NCBI GenBank assembly: GCA_021796535.1
Contig: JAKABW010000005.1
Span: 75,672 to 139,671, forward strand
DNA from: Actinomycetes bacterium
GTDB taxonomy: Bacteria > Actinomycetota > Acidimicrobiia > Acidimicrobiales > Bog-793
Reading direction: 5' to 3'
Length of the DNA stretch: 64,000 nucleotides
Shown here piece by piece: positions 16,908-24,958 of this stretch. The notes below the pieces were generated by a model, which was not told where the DNA came from, did no database searches, and saw only the letters and a program-made list of their open reading frames with translations. Position 1 is the stretch's first letter. Each line of letters starts with the position of its first letter. Made by a program: the position numbers and the translations under genes.

Positions 16908-19079
16908 TTGATACAGAATTTAAGAAAAGAAGAGGAAATCTCTCAACCGAGTGGTATTGACGACAACATGTCCTTTTCACTCCATAATGAAAAACTGGGG
17001 TTCTCTACACGATACTCAGACGATGATAAAAATTTATTTACGTTCTATCGAATTATAGTCGCATTGCTATGGGTATTTTTTTCTTCAAGATTTTTTGTAG
17101 AAATAGGAGTCTATCCACCTGCACCCTATTTCTCTGTTTTTTACGGCATCACGGCCACTGCGATACTTGCTTACACCAGTACTCTTATTTCAGGCAAGCA
17201 ACTTTCCCGTTTGGATATATTCTTGGGAGTCGGCACCGTAATAGCAGGTGTGGCATGGGTAATAGGTCTTATTTATACGTCCCCCGGATATGGAACCGAC
17301 GAAGCGGCATTTGTGCAGGGAGCCGCCCAAGTCCTCTTTGGTGGACATAACCCTTATACAGCCAACCTTGGCAAATATCTGACAGAATTTGATGTTTCAC
17401 CCTTTGCACATACCTATACACTAAATGGCGCTACCATCACAAGACTCGGATATCCTTCTCTCTCCTTCCTGACTGAATACATTTTACTGCTCTTTGGAAT
17501 CAGCAGACAAGATCCGATACTTGTCACGACAGTAAGCTTGGTGGTTGCCTCCCTGTTTGCATTTTTTTCTTTGCCAAAAAACTATAGGCCATTACTGCTC
17601 ATATTAATTGGGACAAGCGCATATTTTTCAAACGCTGCGGCGGGGCTGATATACGACGAAATGCTCATGTTTCTGACACCCTCTTTTTACTTCTGGGAAT
17701 ACTTCCACCAAAGAGAGTCGTCATTCAAAAAATACATTTCACCTGTCTTTTTTGGTCTTGCCTGTGCCGTAGTCCAAGACGCATGGTTTTTTGTTCCATT
17801 CCTTATTATCGCTGTATACAAAGAAGCTTCTTATAGAAACAAAAAACCGATAAAGCAAATCTTTTTGTACTTTGCCGTGAGTTTGATTCCTTTTTTGATT
17901 GTCAACTCACCTTTTATTATTTGGAACCCTGTTGCTTGGATCAAAGGTTCCATAGGACCCCTATTGCAACCGCTCGTCCCATTGGGGCAAGGCGCCATCG
18001 GGATGACAATATATATGGGGTTGGGTGGAGGCAATTTAAAATACTATACTTACGCCGCTATTTTTGTCGGACTTCTAATTGCATGTGCTTTAATTATAAA
18101 CTACAGCAAATACAAACTGCTTATTCCAATTGTGCCTGGAGTTATGCTCTTCTTATCCACAAGATCTCTCAATGAATACATTCTTGCAGACATATTTGTC
18201 ATGCTCGTATGTTTTGGCAGCTGGAAGAAAATTAACATAACAAACACCACAGCGGAAAACCCAGTAAAGCCCGCTCATACAAATAAAAAAATTACCAAAT
18301 ACTTCCTCAATTACAAGAAACCCCTAAGATTATTGATGCTTTTTTTTGGCTGTGCAACAGTACTACTGATCGGACTTGCGGTTACAACCCCGTCACCGCT
18401 CCAAATCTCTGTTGTAGCCGAACATACGACAGGCGAAGAGCAGACGGTCGACTCTATGGTGCTCAAAGTAACCAATCATGCCTCCGTAGCGGCAAAACCG
18501 GACTACGTCATAGGCATAGGGCCCTATGTCCCCACTCCGTGGATACCGATAGGAAAAAACCAAAGCATACCGCCCGGTAAGACACGTTACATAAGAATTG
18601 TGGCTTCAAATATAGATGTCATGCCATCAACAACAAATCAGTTTCATATTTTTGCTTTTCTGGAAAACCCCTATTCAGTCTCCTATCTGGTAGTGCATCC
18701 TTTGACAAGTCTCCATACCTTGTTGACCCCTCTTGATATCAGAAAAATACTGAAACCCGGACAGTCATTTACAGTGCACGTACAGCTGTTGAATCAAATC
18801 GGAACTCCGGTAGCACAATCCAGAGTTCTTGTTGCGCTGGCACAAATTATCTACTCGCCACAAGGCATAGAATATGCCGGAGAAAGCATAGACAATGCTC
18901 CACCAGGTGCAACACCGATCACCTCGTATACCAATAAAAATGGCATAGCTACTTTTCATGTCAAAGAAATCCAGCCGGCAAACCAAGAGGTAAACTTCCA
19001 AGCCTGGCTGGCAGGAACTGCACCTACTGCATACAGCAACCAATTGAGTGTATGGTTTGGCCCAATTTCAGCCAAATAA
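16908..19079 (+). CDS. Polytopic membrane protein, possibly a GT-C-type glycosyltransferase, with a C-terminal extracytoplasmic beta-rich domain
   Basis: 723 aa. The first 470 aa contain more than 10 hydrophobic helices. An early loop reads GYGTDEAAF...GHNPY, a D/E loop motif of the kind used by GT-C enzymes. The last 230 aa or so are soluble. The ORF opens with TTG at 16908; an ATG at 16968 is an alternative start. Confidence 0.4.
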   Translation: MIQNLRKEEEISQPSGIDDNMSFSLHNEKLGFSTRYSDDDKNLFTFYRIIVALLWVFFSSRFFVEIGVYPPAPYFSVFYGITATAILAYTSTLISGKQLSRLDIFLGVGTVIAGVAWVIGLIYTSPGYGTDEAAFVQGAAQVLFGGHNPYTANLGKYLTEFDVSPFAHTYTLNGATITRLGYPSLSFLTEYILLLFGISRQDPILVTTVSLVVASLFAFFSLPKNYRPLLLILIGTSAYFSNAAAGLIYDEMLMFLTPSFYFWEYFHQRESSFKKYISPVFFGLACAVVQDAWFFVPFLIIAVYKEASYRNKKPIKQIFLYFAVSLIPFLIVNSPFIIWNPVAWIKGSIGPLLQPLVPLGQGAIGMTIYMGLGGGNLKYYTYAAIFVGLLIACALIINYSKYKLLIPIVPGVMLFLSTRSLNEYILADIFVMLVCFGSWKKINITNTTAENPVKPAHTNKKITKYFLNYKKPLRLLMLFFGCATVLLIGLAVTTPSPLQISVVAEHTTGEEQTVDSMVLKVTNHASVAAKPDYVIGIGPYVPTPWIPIGKNQSIPPGKTRYIRIVASNIDVMPSTTNQFHIFAFLENPYSVSYLVVHPLTSLHTLLTPLDIRKILKPGQSFTVHVQLLNQIGTPVAQSRVLVALAQIIYSPQGIEYAGESIDNAPPGATPITSYTNKNGIATFHVKEIQPANQEVNFQAWLAGTAPTAYSNQLSVWFGPISAK

Positions 19080-19103
19080 ACTTATACCAGTTCACCCGGA
19101 TTG

Positions 19104-19133
19104 AGTGTGTATTTGATAAGTCAAATACACACT
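19104..19133 (+). terminator. 13-bp perfect hairpin (AGTGTGTATTTGA-TAAG-TCAAATACACACT) 25 nt after the 16908..19079 stop
   Basis: Read directly. It is followed by an A-run rather than a T-run, so it is not a canonical intrinsic terminator on the plus strand. Confidence 0.3.
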
Positions 19134-19424
19134 GCTGAAAAAAATACAAATAACCCCAAACGACAAGGAGAGGCCTTCTCGCTCTACAGATTGAGACTGC
19201 TCACGCGGTGGTGGCTTCTTTTAATGTGCTTATCAGTTGCCGTATACTTTCCGACGGCTTAGGAGATGTTTTGTCCGGCTTACTTTAGATTTTGTCGCCG
19301 TGCTGAGCTTTGCCGCCTATTTATCTATATCCTTTATTGTAAACGACAGTTAAATTGCCTTATTAATATCAATGCTGCGGCATCGGATACCTCGGCAAAA
19401 GACCGCTCACCAAAGGAGAACCTC

Positions 19425-20393
19425 ATGAAAGCAGTTCTTTACCGATATACCGGCCTTTCTTCGGTCCTCTCATTTGAACAGACAGAGACGCCGAAACCGG
19501 GCCCGGGAGAAGTGAGGGTGAAAATTGCCTGTTCTGGCGTGAACCCCACCGATTGGAAAATCCGTTCCGGGCTGACCGGGAATCAACCCGACGGCTTTCA
19601 AATCCCCCACCAAGACGGAAGCGGCGTTATAGATGCCGTAGGTGACGGCGTAACGGAACGGGAAATAGGCCAGAGGGTCTGGCTGTATACAGCGGCGTAT
19701 GCCAACCCCTACGGTACGGCGGCAGAGTATTGTGTCCTGCCAGCCGAACGCACGGTCGTCTTGCCGGACAGCGCTTCATACGAACTCGGGGCTTCTCTCG
19801 GAGTTCCCGCGTTGACCGCCGCACACTGTTTGGGCGGCAACCCGTCCGCATTGCGCGGTGCCAACGTTTTGGTTGCCGGAGGCGCCGGTGCGGTGGGATA
19901 TTATGCCATCGAATTGGCCAAGCACGCCGGAGCAAGGGTTGCCACCACCGTCAGTTCCGCAGAGAAAGAGCGACTGGCTAAAACGGCGGGAGCCGATTTA
20001 GCCGTCAATTACAAAGCACCGGGAGCTTTGGAAAAACTGAAAAGTTTTGCCCCGCAGATGGATTACATCACAGAAGTGGCTTTCGGGGCAAACATGGAAA
20101 CTGACCTGGCCCTCTCCGCTCCCGGCACCGTAATAGCCATATACGCCAACGAACCGACTGACCCGATCCTGCCCATACGAAAGCTTATGCGAACAAACGC
20201 AACAATTCGTTTTGTCATGCTCTACACCATCACAAAACACGACTTGAACCAAGCAATAGCATGGATTGAGGATGCCTTAGAACAAGATGCTTTATCGGAA
20301 CTGCCGATACATCGTTTTTCATTGGAAAAAACTGCCGAAGCTCAGGATTTTGTCCAACAAGGTGCCGTGGGGAAAGTGCTCGTTATACCCTAA
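19425..20393 (+). CDS. NADPH:quinone oxidoreductase / zinc-type alcohol dehydrogenase superfamily (MDR) protein
   Basis: The ORF opens at 19266. I prefer the ATG at 19425, which follows AAAGGAGAA. The sequence MKAVLYRYTG...PGPGEVRVKIACSGVNPTDWKIRSG and the Rossmann motif VLVAGGAGAVGYYAIELAK are typical of zeta-crystallin-like quinone reductases. Confidence 0.8.
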   Translation: MKAVLYRYTGLSSVLSFEQTETPKPGPGEVRVKIACSGVNPTDWKIRSGLTGNQPDGFQIPHQDGSGVIDAVGDGVTEREIGQRVWLYTAAYANPYGTAAEYCVLPAERTVVLPDSASYELGASLGVPALTAAHCLGGNPSALRGANVLVAGGAGAVGYYAIELAKHAGARVATTVSSAEKERLAKTAGADLAVNYKAPGALEKLKSFAPQMDYITEVAFGANMETDLALSAPGTVIAIYANEPTDPILPIRKLMRTNATIRFVMLYTITKHDLNQAIAWIEDALEQDALSELPIHRFSLEKTAEAQDFVQQGAVGKVLVIP

Positions 20394-20897
20394 GTGTTTT
20401 TGGCCGACAGGAAAACATGGCCGTGCCCTGTAGTGTACTGTATATTTTGGAGTATTGTCCGTTGACTAAATTGACAAAGATGCCTCCTCTGTCCTATTTA
20501 CCGATGCGTAGGCCTTGCCAAAAGCGTTTTCCGTGACATTTTTAAAATAAATTACGCGCTAGAAAACAAGTCTGATAAATATTTTTTGTCGGCAAACGAT
20601 TACAAAAGCGCTATTTCTCACCCATCCCCAAGCAGACGACTGGCAGGACATCCCGGCTTTTGCTGTGAGTTATACGACCGCATGTCACAGAGGTTTTTAG
20701 CCACAAAACTTTTTTTATGTTATATCAAATATGGTATAAGGTAGTTTATATAAGCAAAAGTTACCCCAGAGACTTCTGCGGGTAAGGATTTCCGGGGTTT
20801 TATCGATACTCCGAAGTGCTTCGATACCAGACATTGTATCCTGTGACACCCGTTATATAAGATTTCATACGCATCACAAAAATGAAAGAGGTTCGAG

Positions 20898-22361
20898 ATG
20901 TTAAAAAGATTTATTCCCAATATCAAGGTATTTTTTGCTGGACTGGCAATTGTATTGGGTTCATTTACCTTGATTGGAAGTGTAGCTGCTCCCGCTTCAG
21001 CGGGAGCAGCTACTTCATGCCACACAATCACCGTGATACACCGCGGCACACACATGGTTTTTTTGTGGAAACGTGTCCGCATTGACAAACACGGCAGACG
21101 CTTTGTGAAAAGAGAGCACATCTGGAGATCCAGGACCGTCATCGTAAGGGGCAAAAAGGTTACCAAGAAAATACCGGTCAAGGCAAGACGCAGATACGCG
21201 ATAAAACTGCGCAGAGAGGAATGTGTGGTCACCACGACCACGGCGGCACCGACAACGACCACGGCGGCACCCACAACGACCACGGCGGCACCCACAACGA
21301 CCACGGCGGCACCGACAACGACCACGGCGGCACCGACAACGACCACGGCGGCACCCGCGGTTCAGCCCAATCCGATAAGTGCAGATTTATCTCTCAGCAC
21401 AAATACTGTTTCTTATATCGGGGGCAGCGTCGGCTTAACCTACACGTCCGACAGTGCCGCATCTTGCAGTCTTTCCTCAACGCCTGCCCTCTGGTCCGGA
21501 AACAATCCTGCCGCGGTAAGCTGTAACGGCAGCTATTCTCTGGCAATCGATCAATCGGCTTCCGGGGGGCAGTGGACAATTACTTTTACCGCAACAGGAC
21601 AAAACGGTCAATCTGTATCGGATTCCCAAGTCCTCACACAAGACGCTCCTCCGCCTTTTAATATCACACCCAATTGGAGCGGATACGTAGTGCCTTCCGC
21701 CACGGCGATAATAACCGACGTCAGCGGAAACTGGACGGTCCCGACTCTCAATTGCAACGACACCCAAAACGCTACTGAGTCAGATTGGGTTGGGATAGGC
21801 GGTGCACAAAGCGGAACCAACTCGGGGGGAGTATTGCTGCAAACCGGCATCGACAACTCTTGCGTAAACGGAATACAAGAGAGCAGCGGATGGTGGGAAG
21901 AATTTCCGTCTAATCCAAATTATGGGATGCCATTTAGCAACTTTCCCGTATCCCCAGGCGACAATATACAGGCAAGTGTTTTTGAAAACAGCGGCGGCTC
22001 CTGGACCACGTTGCTGGAAAACCTTTCGACGGGACTGGAGGGGATCATGGTCACGGGCGAAGGCTGGGGCGTGGCACCCATCGGCGCCACGGGGTTTTCT
22101 GACCAGGGCACGACAACCAACGTATCCTATGCGGGAGGTTACACCGCCGAATGGATTGTGGAAGATCCCACCGGATCTTCAGGGAACTTAGTCCCGTTTG
22201 CCAATTACGGAAGCGTTACATTCACCAATCTCGGGACAAGCCTCAATCCATGGTATCTGACCGCAAGCGAAGGATACGCGATACAGCAAAACGGTTCTGT
22301 ACTTTCCGTACCGTCCCTTCCAGGAAGCGACGGTTTCAGCGTATACTACACCGGTCCTTAG
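20898..22361 (+). CDS. Secreted glutamic peptidase, family G1 (eqolisin-like), with a basic N-terminal module, a TTTTAAP x6 linker and an Ig-like domain
   Basis: It has a signal peptide (AGLAIVLGSFTLIGSVAAPASA). The C-terminal domain carries NWSGYVV..., DWVGIGG...VLLQTGID (Gln context) and AEWIVEDP (Glu context). These match the conserved blocks of scytalido/aspergilloglutamic peptidases. Confidence 0.75.
   Translation: MLKRFIPNIKVFFAGLAIVLGSFTLIGSVAAPASAGAATSCHTITVIHRGTHMVFLWKRVRIDKHGRRFVKREHIWRSRTVIVRGKKVTKKIPVKARRRYAIKLRREECVVTTTTAAPTTTTAAPTTTTAAPTTTTAAPTTTTAAPTTTTAAPAVQPNPISADLSLSTNTVSYIGGSVGLTYTSDSAASCSLSSTPALWSGNNPAAVSCNGSYSLAIDQSASGGQWTITFTATGQNGQSVSDSQVLTQDAPPPFNITPNWSGYVVPSATAIITDVSGNWTVPTLNCNDTQNATESDWVGIGGAQSGTNSGGVLLQTGIDNSCVNGIQESSGWWEEFPSNPNYGMPFSNFPVSPGDNIQASVFENSGGSWTTLLENLSTGLEGIMVTGEGWGVAPIGATGFSDQGTTTNVSYAGGYTAEWIVEDPTGSSGNLVPFANYGSVTFTNLGTSLNPWYLTASEGYAIQQNGSVLSVPSLPGSDGFSVYYTGP
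21231..21356 (+). repeat. Six tandem in-frame 21-bp repeats (ac[ca]acgaccacggcggcacc[gc]) encoding TTTTAAP x6
   Basis: Read directly. The units start at 21231, 21252, 21273, 21294, 21315 and 21336. They differ only at the Pro third position and at one base of the first unit. Confidence 0.95.
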
Positions 22362-22399
22362 AAAAGCGTAGGCATACGTTCCAACCTGCAACTGCAATG

Positions 22400-22448
22400 T
22401 TTCTTGAGTCCGATATCAGGGCCCTGCCGTGATAGAGGACTCAAGAAA
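22400..22448 (+). terminator. 12-bp inverted repeat (TTTCTTGAGTCC ... GGACTCAAGAAA) with a 25-nt loop, followed by a T-rich tract, 39 nt after the G1 peptidase stop
   Basis: Read directly. The loop contains a further TATCA/TGATA pairing. GTTATTTTAATT follows the stem. Confidence 0.45.
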
Positions 22449-22807
22449 GTTATTTTAATTAATATGCCATCTGCCGATAAAGACATACTTTTTGCTTACA
22501 TCTTTTTAATCCCGGAGCGAAAAATCTCCTGTCCGACACCGCCGGTGAAAGAGAAAACAGCGGTTTGTGCGATGAAATACTGAACGAAGCGGAGTTGGAT
22601 GCGGCACAGGACAAAGCGGCGATACTCAACGGACTGTTTTTTGTCAGTACGACATAGGGTATAAATATTTTATCGTTTTCCGTTGAGGTTTTTTCTCTTT
22701 GAAAACACGGCCAAGAAAACAAGGACATCCGACCCGGAGTAAAATATCCTTACAGTTCAAATTTCCATAGGCTCTTTTGGCTGCCGGGAATCCGTCGGGT
22801 AAAGAGC

Positions 22808-23983
22808 TTAACCCGCCAGAGATACGATATAGCTGTCCTTATTACGGACGAACTCAGCGATACTGTCCCCGCCAAACTTGGCCAAAGCTTCTTTGGCCAA
22901 AACAAAAGCAGTCATCGCCTCAGCGACGACACCCATCGCCGGAACGGCGGTGACATCTGTGCGTTCTTTAAAAGATACCGTTTCTTCTTTGGTGACAACG
23001 TCGACTGTTTTCAAAACGGGACGGTTCAGCGTGGCCAGCGGTTTCATGTAAAGCCTTGCCACCAGGAGCGCTCCCGTTGAAATTCCGCCTTCGATACCGC
23101 CCGCATGCGAGGTTTCCCTGCCGTAAGAATTGGAGACCTCATCGTAGAAAATGGCGTCGTGAGCTTCGGAACCCCGCTTTTTTGCCACTTCGAATCCGTC
23201 GCCCAGCTCCACGGCTTTGATTGCCTGAATGCTCATGAGAGCCATCGCCAATTGGGCATCCAGCTTGCGGTCGTAGTGCACGTGGCTGCCGAGACCCACC
23301 GGTACCCCGTAGGCCAGCACTTCGGCAATTCCTCCGAGAGAATCACCAACTTTTGCCGCGGCCTTAATTTCGGCCACCATTCTTGCGGCGGCGGCTTCAT
23401 CAAAACAGCGCACTTCCGAAGCATCTATGCTTTCCAGATCTGCCATTCCGGGGCGCCGTGTCGTCTCCGAAAGAGCCGCTCCCACTCCGATAATATGACT
23501 GAGGACAAAAACGTCAATTTCTTTGAGCAATAATTTGAAAATTGCACCGGCCGCCACTCTGGCAGCCGTCTCTCTGGCCGAGGCTCTCTCCAGAATATCT
23601 CTGGCATCGTCCAGGCCGTATTTTTGCATGCCCGCCAAATCCGCATGTCCCGGCCTTGGAGCGGTAAGTTTTTTGGACGGCTCACCGGGATCGGGAGACA
23701 TTTCCGTTTCCCACTTGGGCCATTCCGTATTGTCGATCATAATGCAGATCGGAGAACCCAGGGTCCTGCCGTGTCGTATTCCGGAAAGGAGAGTGATCTC
23801 ATCCCTTTCAAAACGCATGCGCGGACCGCGCCCGTAACCGAGTCGCCTTCTCGCCAATTCGTCGGCTATTTGATCTTTTGTGACGGCAAGGCCCGCGGGT
23901 ACGCCGTCGACTATGACGGACAGACCTTTCCCATGGGATTCACCGGCGGTTAAAAAACGAAGCACGGCTTTACTATATCGCAT
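22808..23983 (-). CDS. aroC: Chorismate synthase
   Basis: The N-terminus LRFLTAGESHGKGLSVIVDGVPAGL and the 391-aa length are typical of AroC. GGAG lies 10 nt upstream of the ATG. Confidence 0.93.
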   Translation of the reverse strand: MRYSKAVLRFLTAGESHGKGLSVIVDGVPAGLAVTKDQIADELARRRLGYGRGPRMRFERDEITLLSGIRHGRTLGSPICIMIDNTEWPKWETEMSPDPGEPSKKLTAPRPGHADLAGMQKYGLDDARDILERASARETAARVAAGAIFKLLLKEIDVFVLSHIIGVGAALSETTRRPGMADLESIDASEVRCFDEAAAARMVAEIKAAAKVGDSLGGIAEVLAYGVPVGLGSHVHYDRKLDAQLAMALMSIQAIKAVELGDGFEVAKKRGSEAHDAIFYDEVSNSYGRETSHAGGIEGGISTGALLVARLYMKPLATLNRPVLKTVDVVTKEETVSFKERTDVTAVPAMGVVAEAMTAFVLAKEALAKFGGDSIAEFVRNKDSYIVSLAG

Positions 23984-24200
23984 TTAAAATAAGCTCCAAG
24001 ACACTTAGCAGGTATAAATTTGCCGGCTGCCAATAAACTATCAATTGCTATGACAAAATATGGGAAATGAGGCCGTACAGAGGGGATCGCTATACAAAAT
24101 TTGGTGTCTTGTTGCCGATTTCCAAAAAGTCTGCTTAGCGGATTCAGAGGAAAATCAAAACTTTCATCCCGAGACAAGTCGGGAAAAAGCCTTTGTCTAT

Positions 24201-24848
24201 CTACTTTTTGGCTGACTGGTAGTAAGGGTTTTGCCCGTCTTGGTGGGCCGTCACGTCCACCACGTCCATAATTTCCGGGACCATTTCTTTGATAGCCACG
24301 ACAATGCCTTGACTGAGTGTGACGGCGGCAAGGCCGCAACCCTGACAACCGCCGGAAAGCCTGAGATAAGCCACCCGGTCTTTCAGTCCGACCAAATCAG
24401 CCCTGCCTCCGTGAGCGGCTATCTGGGGATTGACCTGCTCTTCCAAGACCGCCTGTACTTGACGGGCGGTGTCGGAGTCGGTATCCAGATCTTTCAGGAA
24501 CTCCGGCACATCGGAAGGCGGAGTGTTGGGGTTGACCAATGCAAGACCGAATTCACCGGAGCTTTCCTGTACATCCAGTGTTGCTCCCCGCAAACTGGCA
24601 ACGCTGGCGGCCGGAATCACAATGTCCAGGTCGTCATGACCTATGATTACGTCTCCGTCCCTTCTGCCTTCCGGTCCTTCAAACCACATGCTGTATTGAA
24701 ATTGATCCCCGCTTACTCCGGTCACTTCCAAATAAAGAGCAAGCGTATCGGCATCTTCTTCGCCCTGCTTTGCTTCTACGACAAAACGCCTGGCGGCGTC
24801 CGTAACGTGCAAAACAGGTTCCGTGTACTCCTCTTCATTGCTTGGCAT
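24201..24848 (-). CDS. nfuA: Fe-S cluster carrier, NfuA-like (Cys-less A-type domain plus an Nfu domain with CxxC)
   Basis: The C-terminus reads VNPQIAAHGGRADLVGL...LSGGCQGCGLAAVTL, an Nfu/NifU C-terminal domain. The N-terminal 100 aa or so look like HesB/IscA but lack the cysteines. Confidence 0.65.
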   Translation of the reverse strand: MPSNEEEYTEPVLHVTDAARRFVVEAKQGEEDADTLALYLEVTGVSGDQFQYSMWFEGPEGRRDGDVIIGHDDLDIVIPAASVASLRGATLDVQESSGEFGLALVNPNTPPSDVPEFLKDLDTDSDTARQVQAVLEEQVNPQIAAHGGRADLVGLKDRVAYLRLSGGCQGCGLAAVTLSQGIVVAIKEMVPEIMDVVDVTAHQDGQNPYYQSAKK

Positions 24849-24958
24849 AATAAATCCGGTCCGTTCTTATATAGAGTTGTATTATTAAAAATTAGCACTT
24901 ATAACTCCGCGGGACAAACCAAACCCGCTTTATCCGCTAAAGTGAAAACAGCGACACC

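Noticed and set aside
20720-21346. Minus-strand 208-aa ORF beginning with VVVGAAV repeats
   Set aside because: It is the reverse-complement reading of the TTTTAAP coding repeats and of the upstream region of the G1 peptidase gene. The rest has no coding features.
21231-21356. Possible CRISPR or other non-coding repeat array
   Set aside because: The units are contiguous 21-mers with no spacers. They are in frame inside a well-supported ORF and no cas genes are present.
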